Shown: positions 38,907 to 49,252, numbered from the stretch's first letter. The stretch is DNA of 64,000 bases from Flavobacteriaceae bacterium (GCA_016779985.1 JADHMP010000010.1:15481-79480); one strand, 5' to 3'. Numbers and translations: made by a program. Notes: generated by a model not told the origin, from the letters alone.

Positions 38907-40439
38907 TTGAAAACAAACTCAACAAAAATGAATAGAATTTTTTTATTAATATCTCTATTAGCTACCGCCTTGTATTCCCAGCCAGATGAAAAGCCATCTA
39001 AAATGAATGTGCTTTTTATTGTGGCAGATGATATGAATTGTGACATTGGCGCCTATGGGAATAAAAAAGTGCTAACTCCTAACATTGACAAACTAGCAAA
39101 ACAAGGCGTATTGTTTGGGAACGCCCATAATCAATACCCTTGGTGTGGACCTTCTAGAGCTTCTTTTATGACAGGTATGTATCCAGATCAGACCAAAGTC
39201 AAAGCATTGAGAATTTATCTTAGACAGGCTGTCCCTAAAGTTGTAACCATTGGGCAAAGTTTTAAAAAAGAAAACTATCATTCTGTTAGAGTAGGTAAAA
39301 TTTTTCACTACCATAATCCAAGAGATATAGGAACTGCAGGACATGACGATAATTACACTTGGACGCAAACAGTGAACCCTTATGGCAGGGATAAAATTGA
39401 AGAATATAAAATCAACACTTTAAAACCTAAAGCCTATGGTGGCACGTTGAGTTGGATGGCAGCTGATGGGTCAGACGAAGAACAAACAGACGGTATTGGA
39501 GCGACGGAAACCATTAAGTTTTTAGAAAAGTTTGCTGAAAGTGGAGAAAACTTTTTTCTAGCCTTTGGGCTGTATAGACCACATACACCCTACGTGGCTC
39601 CTAAAAAATATTTTGACCTCTATAAAACAAATCAAATGGAGATACCCAGAAGTTCAGATGACTATTTAAAAACGATACCTACTCCTGCTGTAAAAAGTAT
39701 TAGGGATCCACAAAAGAAGGAACAATTGAATCTACCTAAAGATTTAGCCCAAACAATCAAAGAGGCATACTATGCCACTACAAGTTTTGTGGATGCGCAA
39801 GTAGGAAGGGTATTAGATAAATTGAAAGAAACAGGTTTAGATAAAAATACAATTGTGATTTTTACATCAGATCACGGCTATCATTTAGGAGAACACGGAC
39901 ACTGGCAAAAGCGTACTCTTTTTGAAAATGCAACACGTGTTCCTCTAATTGTTTCTGGGCCAGGCATCAATAAAAATGAAAAAATTATGGAAGCTCCCAT
40001 AGAGTTGGTTGACATTTATCCTACCCTAATGGACCTTACACAAATTGAAACTCCAGAATTTGTCTCTGGGAAAAGTTTTGCACCACTTTTGAAGGATTCT
40101 TCTGCACGAGTGAGAAAAAGTGCATTGACAGAATTATCGGTAAAATTGGGACCCAATACAAGAGTACAAGGATATTCTTTAAAAACCGATCGGTTTCGAC
40201 TTACGCAATGGGGTAAATACGGTGTATTGGGATATGAGCTATATGACCATAAAAGCGATAAGGGAGAACTTAACAATCTTTCAATGAATAAACAATATCA
40301 AAAAATGAAAGATTCATTGATTGAAATAATCAACTATAGAATTGCGGAAGCAAGAAAAAAACCAAAGGGTTTAGGACCACAATTTGAAGGAGTTTTAGAA
40401 TGGGATGAACCAGAAACGATTCATTCGCAACCTAAATAA
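38907..40439 (+). CDS. Formylglycine-dependent sulfatase (iduronate-2-sulfatase-like)
   Basis: Signal peptide, LFIVADDMN, the active-site CGPSRASFMTGMYP and TSDHGYHLGEHGHW. The start may be the ATG at 38928. Confidence 0.85.
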   Translation: MKTNSTKMNRIFLLISLLATALYSQPDEKPSKMNVLFIVADDMNCDIGAYGNKKVLTPNIDKLAKQGVLFGNAHNQYPWCGPSRASFMTGMYPDQTKVKALRIYLRQAVPKVVTIGQSFKKENYHSVRVGKIFHYHNPRDIGTAGHDDNYTWTQTVNPYGRDKIEEYKINTLKPKAYGGTLSWMAADGSDEEQTDGIGATETIKFLEKFAESGENFFLAFGLYRPHTPYVAPKKYFDLYKTNQMEIPRSSDDYLKTIPTPAVKSIRDPQKKEQLNLPKDLAQTIKEAYYATTSFVDAQVGRVLDKLKETGLDKNTIVIFTSDHGYHLGEHGHWQKRTLFENATRVPLIVSGPGINKNEKIMEAPIELVDIYPTLMDLTQIETPEFVSGKSFAPLLKDSSARVRKSALTELSVKLGPNTRVQGYSLKTDRFRLTQWGKYGVLGYELYDHKSDKGELNNLSMNKQYQKMKDSLIEIINYRIAEARKKPKGLGPQFEGVLEWDEPETIHSQPK

Positions 40440-40458
40440 ATAGTATTCTATCAAACAA

Positions 40459-41793
40459 ATGTATTTTAATTATAGTGTTTCTCGGGTTAGAAAAATAATG
40501 TGTCTTGGCTTATATCTGCTCTGCCTTTTAGTGAGTGCTCAAAATTCAAACCAACCACCAAATATTGTTTTAATAATGGTAGATGATTTGGGCTATGAGT
40601 GCATCAATTCTTATGGGGGCACTTCATATAACACCCCTCATTTGAGCGCATTGGCTAAGTCAGGTTTACAATTTGAGAATTGTCATTCTCAACCAATTTG
40701 CACCCCTTCAAGAGTTAAATTGATGACCGGAAAATCAAATAAAAAGAATCACACAAAATTTGGTTATCTCAACCCCAAGGAGAAAACATTTAGTCAGCTT
40801 CTAAATAAAAAAGGATATGCTACACTAATTGCAGGTAAATGGCAACTGGGCAGAAAGGCATCATTGCCAAAAAACTTTGGTTTTGACGAATATTTATTAT
40901 GGCAACTAACAACATCTGGAAGAGACTCAACAGGGCGTGACAAGAGATATGTAAATCCAGTTTTAGAAATGAATGGGAGCTATTATGAAGAGAATGAGGG
41001 TAAATACTCCACTGACATAATGATAGACTACATAAACGACTTTATTTATCGAAAAAAAGATCAACCCTTTTTCGTTTACTATCCGATGATTTTGACCCAT
41101 TGTCCTTTTGATCCAACACCACATTCTAAAGATTGGGACCCGACGGATATGGGCTCGAAAACCTATAAGGGAAATGCTAAATATTTTGGAGATATGGTCT
41201 CTTATATGGATTTTTCTGTAAGTCGAATTGTTAACACTCTTGACCAGCTCGGGTTAAGAAAAAAGACTCTAATTATTTTTACAGCAGATAATGGTACTGA
41301 TGTGCCTGTAGTCTCTATGATGGACAATATTTCTGTGGTTGGTGGAAAAGGAAAAACGACTGATAATGGAACCCATGTTCCACTGATTGTGAGTTGGCCA
41401 GGAAAAGTGAAACCCAATGCGCATACCAATACTCTTATTGATTTTAGTGATTTTTTTCCTACAATATGTGACGTAGCAGGGATTCAATTAGACTCAAATC
41501 TAGATCTTGATGGCATAAGTTTTTATCCTGAGCTTATTGGAAAAAAAGCAATACAAAGAAGATGGATCCATACTTGGTATAATCGTGATGGAGGTTCAAA
41601 TCCACTTCGTGCCACGAGGGAGTGGGTAAGAGATGAAACCTATAAGCTTTATGTAGGCAATGAATTTTATAACGTCAAAAAAGATCCAGAAGAACAATAT
41701 AATATTCCACTTGAGTTGATGAGTGATGATGAAAAAACCCTTCGCCAAGAATTTATAGCTATTTTACAATCGTATACTTATTTAAGAAACTGA
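40459..41793 (+). CDS. Formylglycine-dependent sulfatase (arylsulfatase A-like)
   Basis: VLIMVDDLGYE, the active-site CTPSRVKLMTGK and FTADNGT. The start may be the Met at 40498. Confidence 0.85.
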   Translation: MYFNYSVSRVRKIMCLGLYLLCLLVSAQNSNQPPNIVLIMVDDLGYECINSYGGTSYNTPHLSALAKSGLQFENCHSQPICTPSRVKLMTGKSNKKNHTKFGYLNPKEKTFSQLLNKKGYATLIAGKWQLGRKASLPKNFGFDEYLLWQLTTSGRDSTGRDKRYVNPVLEMNGSYYEENEGKYSTDIMIDYINDFIYRKKDQPFFVYYPMILTHCPFDPTPHSKDWDPTDMGSKTYKGNAKYFGDMVSYMDFSVSRIVNTLDQLGLRKKTLIIFTADNGTDVPVVSMMDNISVVGGKGKTTDNGTHVPLIVSWPGKVKPNAHTNTLIDFSDFFPTICDVAGIQLDSNLDLDGISFYPELIGKKAIQRRWIHTWYNRDGGSNPLRATREWVRDETYKLYVGNEFYNVKKDPEEQYNIPLELMSDDEKTLRQEFIAILQSYTYLRN

Positions 41794-41878
41794 GCAATAT
41801 TTATTTTACAGAATGAGCTGTAATTAAATCTGCAAATACTTTATTTTTAAAGAGATTTTTAACCATAAAACGATTACA

Positions 41879-42724
41879 ATGGATCAGCAATTAGTAGAAA
41901 TAAGAGAAAAACAAAGAGAGTCATGGAATAAATTTTCTTCTGGATGGAAAAAGTGGGATGATTTAGTTATTCAGTTTCTGCATCCCATGGGGGAGGAGAT
42001 CATTCAACAGCTTCATTTAAAAGTAACAGACACTGTACTTGATATTGCTGGAGGCACAGGAGAACCGGGTCTCACAATTGCCAGTAAAATATCCAGTGGT
42101 AAGGTAATAATTACAGATTTAGCTGAAGATATGCTTACAATCGCAGCTGAGAATGCAGCCAAAAAGAAAATAAAAAATGTGGAAACCCAAATCTGTGATG
42201 TGTGTGAGCTTCCTTTTGATGACAATTCTTTTGACGCGATAAGCTGTCGTTTTGGATTTATGTTTTTTCCTGATTTATTGCTTGCCACTAAGGAAATGGT
42301 AAGAGTCCTTAAACCGGGAGGCAGAGTTGCGGTTTCTGTTTGGGGTGTTGCGCAAAAGAATTTCTGGGTGACTGCAATAGGTGGAACTATAAATCAAAAC
42401 ATGCAACTGACTCCACCCCCTCCAGGAGCTCCCGGCATGTTTCGTTGTGCAGAAAGTGGAATGATCCAAAATTTATTTGAAAAAGCAGGATTAAAAAATA
42501 CTTCTGAAAAAGAGGTAATCAGTAAACTCGACTTAGAATCTGCAGAAGTCTATTGGGAAATGATGACTGATGTTGCTGCCCCTTTTGTTGCAGCGCTTAG
42601 CAAAGCTGAGGACGAAATGAAAGAAAAAATTAAACAAGAAGTTTTTCAAAAAATAAATGAAAAGTTTGGTAATGCTACTGTTTCCCTTGATGGTAGTGCT
42701 TTAGTGATTGCTGGAGAAAAATAA
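41879..42724 (+). CDS. Class I SAM-dependent methyltransferase
   Basis: 281 aa with motif I VLDIAGGTGEPG and the post-I acidic residue ITDLA. No signal peptide. Confidence 0.75.
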   Translation: MDQQLVEIREKQRESWNKFSSGWKKWDDLVIQFLHPMGEEIIQQLHLKVTDTVLDIAGGTGEPGLTIASKISSGKVIITDLAEDMLTIAAENAAKKKIKNVETQICDVCELPFDDNSFDAISCRFGFMFFPDLLLATKEMVRVLKPGGRVAVSVWGVAQKNFWVTAIGGTINQNMQLTPPPPGAPGMFRCAESGMIQNLFEKAGLKNTSEKEVISKLDLESAEVYWEMMTDVAAPFVAALSKAEDEMKEKIKQEVFQKINEKFGNATVSLDGSALVIAGEK

Positions 42725-43564
42725 TCATTGTAATACCCTGTTGAAAAAGTCATCGATATCATTGATGTCTTGTATACCTAATATCCAACAAACTTCAGCA
42801 AGGTCAGAAAAATCGAGGCCACCATTTGCAATAGCTTCATTAGTATAGCGTCCTTCTTTTCCATTGTATTTATTTGAGATTGCAATGGCTTCCTTCCAAA
42901 TGCGTTTCAGTTTAGGATTAGATAGTCTTTCTTGCACCCCTTTGAAATTAGAATTTTTAAAGCCTGGAGTACCATTGTTAAGTCCATTTCCATCAGGTAT
43001 TTTTATATAGTCAGTGTATTTTTTTACATAGTCAAGTTTTTCAGCAGAGGTAACAGATTCATTCCAATCGCTGTGTTGCACCACATGAATGGATGTAGAA
43101 GTATTTAGTGTGGGCATCTGGTTCTTCACCGTCTTAACAAGTTCAGCTGTAAAATCAGACTGCCCCGCCTCAGCAATCCAAACAGCTCCCTCATTCTTTA
43201 AGATAGGCTCTATAAGAGTAAATACTTCTCTCACTGAGAATTCAAGATTATTATGGGCGTCAGTCCAATGAGTGTCAAAAATGAGAGGTAGTAAAGAATA
43301 GGGAGGAACATATAAACCTTCTTGAACCCCATAAGCTCCAGCAACAGCATGATAATTGATCGATTTGTATTTTGAATTTGCACTAAGAGTAGCAAAAGCA
43401 GCCATTGTATGGATATCATCTACATCTGTTTTGCAGTCATAATTCAATAGTAACAAATCAGTGGCTTGATTGAAGCTTTTTGTTTGAGCCATAACATCTT
43501 TAGCTGTCAAAAGCGAGATTACACTTAAAAGAATTAAGAAGGATTTTTTTTTCGAGCCATTCAT
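42725..43564 (-). CDS. Secreted hypothetical protein
   Basis: 279 aa with a signal peptide (SFLILLSVISLLTAKDVMAQ). The acidic cluster YDCKTDVDDIH weakly recalls nucleoside-hydrolase-like folds, which is not enough for a call. Confidence 0.55.
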   Translation of the reverse strand: MNGSKKKSFLILLSVISLLTAKDVMAQTKSFNQATDLLLLNYDCKTDVDDIHTMAAFATLSANSKYKSINYHAVAGAYGVQEGLYVPPYSLLPLIFDTHWTDAHNNLEFSVREVFTLIEPILKNEGAVWIAEAGQSDFTAELVKTVKNQMPTLNTSTSIHVVQHSDWNESVTSAEKLDYVKKYTDYIKIPDGNGLNNGTPGFKNSNFKGVQERLSNPKLKRIWKEAIAISNKYNGKEGRYTNEAIANGGLDFSDLAEVCWILGIQDINDIDDFFNRVLQ

Positions 43565-43702
43565 TTTAGATACTTGTTTTATTCTATAAATATATAATTA
43601 CAATTTTATATGCTCGTCTTTAGTACATTTCTTTATTACTTACAAGGAATACAATCAATCATTTTTTATAATTTTAAAGACGAAAACGATAAATCAAAAT
43701 TC

Positions 43703-44203
43703 ATGAAGAAACTCATTCTGTGCACTCTTTTATTCTTGGCTTATTCTTGCGATACAGAAGATTCAGCCAGTGAAGAAAACACTAGTGTTTTTTTAACAAA
43801 AAATAATAATACCATTTGGTCTGATCCAGACCTATATTATGGGGAATATCCTGACATTAAATTTTCAAATGCAGAATATTTTATTTCCTTTTTTAGTATT
43901 GATGTTTCAGCTTCTTATTGTGAGGGTTGGAAAAAAGGAGAAACCATTTATGATGGTGTTAAGTGGGAAATCACCATTACCAAAGATGAAGAGAACACCC
44001 TTTGGTTTGACTATGATCATTATGGTTTTGGAGAATTTATAGAATATAGCATAACGCATAAATACAATATTGTAGACAACAACTTATTCTACACAAATTC
44101 AAATGGAGATTCCTTCATTTTTGCTCCATCGCAAAAAAATTATGCAGAAGATTTTCTCGACACAGGAGCAGTCATAAAATTAGATGGTTGTATGTTTTAT
44201 TAA
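43703..44203 (+). CDS. Hypothetical lipoprotein
   Basis: MKKLILCTLLFLAYSC lipobox at the internal ATG at 43703. The acidic stretch after the Cys is DTEDSASEE. Confidence 0.6.
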   Translation: MKKLILCTLLFLAYSCDTEDSASEENTSVFLTKNNNTIWSDPDLYYGEYPDIKFSNAEYFISFFSIDVSASYCEGWKKGETIYDGVKWEITITKDEENTLWFDYDHYGFGEFIEYSITHKYNIVDNNLFYTNSNGDSFIFAPSQKNYAEDFLDTGAVIKLDGCMFY

Positions 44204-44319
44204 GCCCGAATAGTCTTATTCTAATATTTAATGGGCCCACAGTTTAGTTGTAAAATATATTTTACTTATTAAAATTAAAGTAATTTTTATAAATTTATTG
44301 AAACCATAAAACAAAAAAA

Positions 44320-45087
44320 ATGAAGAAAATTATTATTGGAAGTTTCCTTTTATTTAGTGCCTTTTCATTTTCTCAAACCACAGCCATGATTGCCTTGGTT
44401 TTAGAGGAGGGCAAAGAGAGTGAATATTTAGCAAAAGAAAAAAACTGGAACAAAGCAGCTCAGGCCATGGTTGATGCTGGTATGATTGCACAATGGTCCG
44501 TTTGGAAGAGAACGCCAAGAGATGGAGATGAAGACTGGGCTCACTATTATGTTTTTAGAAGGACTACAGCAGAACAGGATGCGAATCCCAAAAAATGGGA
44601 TAATCTGAATCAAGTAATTGCTAGGGCTTTTAAGGGTAAAAGCCAAAAAGCAATAGATAAAATGCTTTCTTTTGAGGGCATATTTAAAGACCGTAGAGAA
44701 CGAGAATACAAATGGATTTCTACCACAGGTTGGCTAGGGCTTGAATGGGAAATAGGAGACAAGGGCTATTTTCACTTTATGAGACAAAAAAAGGATGATT
44801 TTGTAAACTATGAAGACCAACTATGGAAGCCAGTTGCACAACAACAAATTTTAGATGGCTACAGGAAATTTTGGGGCTTAGGTGAGATTACTAAAAAAGA
44901 TGATCCTACTAAAGCGCTCAATGCTAATTTCACTCATATTGCTTTTAATTTTATGACTAAAAAGGGAGCAGCACCAGCTCCAGAAATACCCGATGATTTT
45001 ATAACTCAAAAAGCCTGGGAGGGGCTTCAAAATTCAAGAGAAATGCTCCCCTCAGAAGAGTTGACCTTAGTTTATTCTACCTTTTAA
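44320..45087 (+). CDS. Secreted hypothetical protein
   Basis: 255 aa with a signal peptide (IIIGSFLLFSAFSFSQT). Followed by a hairpin terminator. Confidence 0.6.
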   Translation: MKKIIIGSFLLFSAFSFSQTTAMIALVLEEGKESEYLAKEKNWNKAAQAMVDAGMIAQWSVWKRTPRDGDEDWAHYYVFRRTTAEQDANPKKWDNLNQVIARAFKGKSQKAIDKMLSFEGIFKDRREREYKWISTTGWLGLEWEIGDKGYFHFMRQKKDDFVNYEDQLWKPVAQQQILDGYRKFWGLGEITKKDDPTKALNANFTHIAFNFMTKKGAAPAPEIPDDFITQKAWEGLQNSREMLPSEELTLVYSTF

Positions 45088-45112
45088 ACAAGGAGTTACA
45101 TTTCTATTAAAA

Positions 45113-45140
45113 AAACCTCCCTTGTGGAGGTTTCTTTATT
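45113..45140 (+). terminator. Rho-independent terminator
   Basis: AAACCTCC (45113-45120) pairs with GGAGGTTT (45126-45133) around a 5-nt loop, with a T-rich tail. Confidence 0.7.
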
Positions 45141-45737
45141 CATTTTTTTTAACTTTATATTTTCCCGTGTGGACTGGGAGTCAAAATAAAGTCGCGGTTG
45201 GAGAGAACGCATCCGAAAAAATCGTTACATAAGTTTCATTCATAATTATTGCTCTGTAGAGTTTCTAAGATTATGCAAAAGCTTTTGAAAACGAACAGCA
45301 AGACATCAATCTGTTTATTTTTATGCCCCATAATTGGAAACTGTAATGAGCAATTTTTATGGTAAAATTGTATGTCATGAAATATTACAACAAAACTAGA
45401 ACCATTGAACAAAAAGTGCTTGATCGTCAAACTCTTGTTTTATTAGAGAAACAAAATGATCTTTTAAAAGAGATTTTGGAAGTATTAAAAAAATGATTTA
45501 AAGCTTTTTTTTCGCTCCTGTTTTTTATTGTATACTCTCTAGTAATCCTAAGTAATTTAGTATCAGTTTTCAAGCTATTTAAAGAGATGAGGCTGAGTCT
45601 CATTTACCTGTCTTTTCAAATAAAATAGCAGAAAACGAGGGGATAATTTTACAACTAAGTTTGTTCTATGGCCACGCTTTCTATTTTGAAATACTGGAGA
45701 GTATTTGTTTTCTATTGAAGTAGTGAAAGGCTTAAAA

Positions 45738-46136
45738 TTAATTTTTAGAGAATTTTTTGTTTAGTTCATCCACCTCGCTACGCCCAAAAAACATTCCTCC
45801 AATTTTCTCGATTACTTCATCAGTAATTGCTCTGGCTGAAGTTATATTCCGAATGGAAAAACGCTGCCCGTCAAAAGATTGCAAAACATTTTCTTTTTGT
45901 CCCAAAACAATCGAAGTGTGTAGACGTTCTGTGAGAATGGCCCTCAGCGTTAGTGACCATTGGTCGTGCTCTTCCTCAAAAGCATCAATAGTCTTGTAGG
46001 TAGTGTAAAGCACTCTTTGGTTTGTTTTGTAATTAAGATCTTTTCTTGGTGTACTTTCATATACTGATTGAGCATATAGTTTTGAACTCATGATAAATAA
46101 AATTAAAACAATTGATTTTAAGGGTATACCAAGCAT
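45738..46136 (-). CDS. Small secreted hypothetical protein
   Basis: 132 aa with a signal peptide (IVLILFIMSSKLYAQ). I recognise no family. Confidence 0.5.
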   Translation of the reverse strand: MLGIPLKSIVLILFIMSSKLYAQSVYESTPRKDLNYKTNQRVLYTTYKTIDAFEEEHDQWSLTLRAILTERLHTSIVLGQKENVLQSFDGQRFSIRNITSARAITDEVIEKIGGMFFGRSEVDELNKKFSKN

Positions 46137-46234
46137 CGATAAGACGATTTAAATTGTACTGTTTAGAATTGTTAGCACTTATTGAAAAGTAAAAATAGTT
46201 CTTATATTTAAATGATTCTTATGAATTTTAATAG

Positions 46235-47809
46235 ATGAGCAGAAAAAATCTTTATTGTTTATTATCACTAGTGGTAATTTCTTTTTTATCATGCAACACT
46301 CAAAATAAAGATAGCCGCCCTAATATCCTTTTTGTCATTGCAGACGATCAAAGTTTTTCTCACACTTCATTTTCTGGTTCTAAATGGGTTGAAACACCTG
46401 CCTTTGACAGAGTAGCAAAAGAAGGGCTTTATTTCACTAATGCTTATACTCCCAATGCAAAATGCGCTCCGTCAAGAGCTATTATTCTCACGGGAAGAAA
46501 CAGCTGGCAGTTAGAAGCTGCAGCAAATCATTGGCCTTTTTTTCCTGAAAAATATCAAACCTTTCCAGAGGTTTTAGCCAACAAAGGTTATTTTATTGGC
46601 AGAACTGGCAAAGGGTGGGCCCCCGGGATAGCCAAAAAGAATGGCAAACCAAGAGAACTAGTAGGCCCTAATTATATCTCCCATCAAATAAGCCCACCTA
46701 CAAAAGAGATTTCTAAAAACAATTATTTTAAGAACTTTCTACATTTCCTAGAAGACAAACCTGATGAAAAACCTTTCTTTTTTTGGTTTGGCGCTCACGA
46801 GCCACACCGCAATTATTCCTATGGTTCAGGAGTGGCTATAGGTAAAAAAGAGACGGCTATGCTCAATACGATACCTCCCATTTTTCCCTTGACTGAAACC
46901 GTAAAAAATGATCTACTCGACTACGCTTTTGAAATTGAACATTTCGACCAACAACTCAATAAAATGCTTGACCATCTTGAAACCACCGGAATGTTAGAAA
47001 ATACATTGGTGATTGTTACTTCAGACAATGGAATGCCTTTTCCTCGTGTCAAAGGTCAAGTTTATCCTTATGATCATCATTTACCACTTGCTATACGTTG
47101 GGGTGAAGGAATAAAAAAACCAGGACGAGTGATTGACCAATTTGTGAGTTTTGCTGATATTGCTCCTTCCATATTGTCAGCTGCTCAGGTCGCTCTTGAG
47201 GAATCCAATATGCAGCCGATCGAAGGAAAAAATTGGCAGGACTATTTTAATAATAGTTTTTCAACTGAAACTTCTGCTCAACATCAATTTATTCTTATTG
47301 GGAAAGAGCGCCACGATGTAGGAAGGGAAAATGATGGCGGTTATCCAGTACGTGGCATTGTGACTAAAGAGTATGCCTATATAATCAATTTTGAACCCAC
47401 CCGCTGGCCGGCTGGAAATCCAGAGACAGGCTATTTGAATACCGATGGAAGTCCAACCAAAACAGAAATTTTAAATCGTAATCGCAAACAAGATTCGACT
47501 CTTTGGAAGTTGGCATTTGGAAAGCGCTCTGCAGAGGAGCTTTATGATCTTAAAATAGATCCTTATTGTCTGAATAACTTAGCCAATGTGAACTCCTTCA
47601 ATGAAATTAAAGAAGAGCTAAAAAATAAATTGATTAAAAATTTAACTGTTCAAAAAGACCCAAGAATGACCGACCCTCACACCCCTATTTTTGATTCTTA
47701 TCCTTATGCTGATAAAAACACACAAAATTTTCATGAGCGGTGGAGCAGAGGTGAAAAAATAAATACTGGGTGGGTGAATCCAACTGATTTTGAAAAAAAC
47801 GCTAAATAA
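46235..47809 (+). CDS. Formylglycine-dependent sulfatase, lipoprotein
   Basis: 524 aa with lipobox SFLSC, ILFVIADDQS, the active-site CAPSRAIILTGR and TSDNGMPFPR. Confidence 0.88.
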   Translation: MSRKNLYCLLSLVVISFLSCNTQNKDSRPNILFVIADDQSFSHTSFSGSKWVETPAFDRVAKEGLYFTNAYTPNAKCAPSRAIILTGRNSWQLEAAANHWPFFPEKYQTFPEVLANKGYFIGRTGKGWAPGIAKKNGKPRELVGPNYISHQISPPTKEISKNNYFKNFLHFLEDKPDEKPFFFWFGAHEPHRNYSYGSGVAIGKKETAMLNTIPPIFPLTETVKNDLLDYAFEIEHFDQQLNKMLDHLETTGMLENTLVIVTSDNGMPFPRVKGQVYPYDHHLPLAIRWGEGIKKPGRVIDQFVSFADIAPSILSAAQVALEESNMQPIEGKNWQDYFNNSFSTETSAQHQFILIGKERHDVGRENDGGYPVRGIVTKEYAYIINFEPTRWPAGNPETGYLNTDGSPTKTEILNRNRKQDSTLWKLAFGKRSAEELYDLKIDPYCLNNLANVNSFNEIKEELKNKLIKNLTVQKDPRMTDPHTPIFDSYPYADKNTQNFHERWSRGEKINTGWVNPTDFEKNAK

Positions 47810-47814
47810 AATTT

Positions 47815-49245
47815 ATGCAACAATTTTCCCTTCTTAGTGTACTTTTATTTTTTTTCTTTTCCTGCCAAGAAAAGGACTTAGAGAGAAAAAATAAAACATC
47901 AAAACCAAATATAATTTTAATTGTAGCGGATGATTTAGGGTATGGAGATTTAAGTATTTATGGTCAAAATAATTTTGAAACTCCAAACATCGATAAGTTA
48001 GCTAAAAATGGAATGTTATTTACACAATTTTATTCTGGCAGTACTGTTTGTGCCCCCTCCCGTTCAGCTTTAATGACAGGTCAGCACACAGGGCATACTC
48101 CTGTCAGAGGCAATAAAGAAGTGCGTCCTGAAGGTCAGCACCCTTTGCCAAAAGACACACCTACTCTCGCAAAAGCGTTGCAAAAAGAAGGCTATGTTAC
48201 TGGAGCCTTTGGCAAATGGGGATTAGGAGCGCCTGGATCTGAGGGTGATCCAATGAAACAAGGTTTTGATACGTTTTATGGGTACAACTGCCAACGGTTT
48301 GGACATCACTATTATCCAACACATTTGTGGCACAATCGAGACTCTATACTTATTTCCCAAAATTTCAATAAAGCAGATCAAGTATATGGTCCAGATCTCA
48401 TCCAAAAGGAAACTTTAAAGTTTATTGAAAGGTATCAAAAACAACCCTTTTTTTTATATGTGCCAAGTATTATACCGCACGCAGAACTGATTGCCCCAGT
48501 ACCATCAATGTCAGTATTCAGAAATAAATTCTTACCTGAAAAAGAGTTCATTGGTGTTGATGATGGCCCCGAATTTGGCCAAGGGCCATATCGATCTCAA
48601 AAAGAAAGCCATGCTGCCTTTGCTGCTATGATATCCATTTTAGACCGACAAGTAGGGGAAATTGTAGATAAGATTTCCGATTTAGGGCTTTTGGAAAATA
48701 CCCTAATTCTTTTTACATCAGACAACGGCCCACATATTGAGGGAGGAGCAGATCCAGATTATTTTGACAGCAACGGCATATTAAAAGGGTATAAGCGAGA
48801 CCTCTACGAAGGGGGAATAAGAGTTCCATTATTAGCTCAATGGTCTGGAAAAATTGAGCCCAATTCAATATCAAATCATATAGCAGCCTTTTGGGACTTT
48901 TTTCCAACACTCACAAGTCTTTTTGATTCGAACAAAAAAACTTATAAAGATGGCATTTCTTTTTTACCCACCCTTTTGGGTCAAGAGGAACAAAAGAAAC
49001 ACAACTATCTCTACTGGGAATTTCATGAAAAGGGAGGGCGTCAAGCCATTCGCCAAGCCAGATGGAAACTAGTTAAATATGATGTTTTTTCTAAAAACGA
49101 AACTAAAACAGAGCTTTATGATTTGAAACTTGATCCCTCTGAAGAAAATAACTTATCAAATCAATTTCCTCAGAAAGTGAAAACCCTAGAAAGTTTACTC
49201 GAGCAAGCAAGAACTCCTTCTAAGGTTTTTCGTTTTAATGAATGA
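47815..49245 (+). CDS. Formylglycine-dependent arylsulfatase, lipoprotein
   Basis: 476 aa with lipobox FFFSC, IILIVADDLGYGD, the active-site CAPSRSALMTGQHTGH and FTSDNGPH. Lies 5 nt after the previous sulfatase. Confidence 0.9.
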   Translation: MQQFSLLSVLLFFFFSCQEKDLERKNKTSKPNIILIVADDLGYGDLSIYGQNNFETPNIDKLAKNGMLFTQFYSGSTVCAPSRSALMTGQHTGHTPVRGNKEVRPEGQHPLPKDTPTLAKALQKEGYVTGAFGKWGLGAPGSEGDPMKQGFDTFYGYNCQRFGHHYYPTHLWHNRDSILISQNFNKADQVYGPDLIQKETLKFIERYQKQPFFLYVPSIIPHAELIAPVPSMSVFRNKFLPEKEFIGVDDGPEFGQGPYRSQKESHAAFAAMISILDRQVGEIVDKISDLGLLENTLILFTSDNGPHIEGGADPDYFDSNGILKGYKRDLYEGGIRVPLLAQWSGKIEPNSISNHIAAFWDFFPTLTSLFDSNKKTYKDGISFLPTLLGQEEQKKHNYLYWEFHEKGGRQAIRQARWKLVKYDVFSKNETKTELYDLKLDPSEENNLSNQFPQKVKTLESLLEQARTPSKVFRFNE

Positions 49246-49252
49246 TTATATA

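Noticed and set aside
45236-45430. 64-aa minus-strand ORF in the long intergenic gap.
   Set aside because: It has no signal peptide or motif and an implausible composition (FHDIQFYHKNCSLQF...). It also overlaps the more coherent 39-aa plus-strand ORF. There is not enough support to annotate either as a gene.
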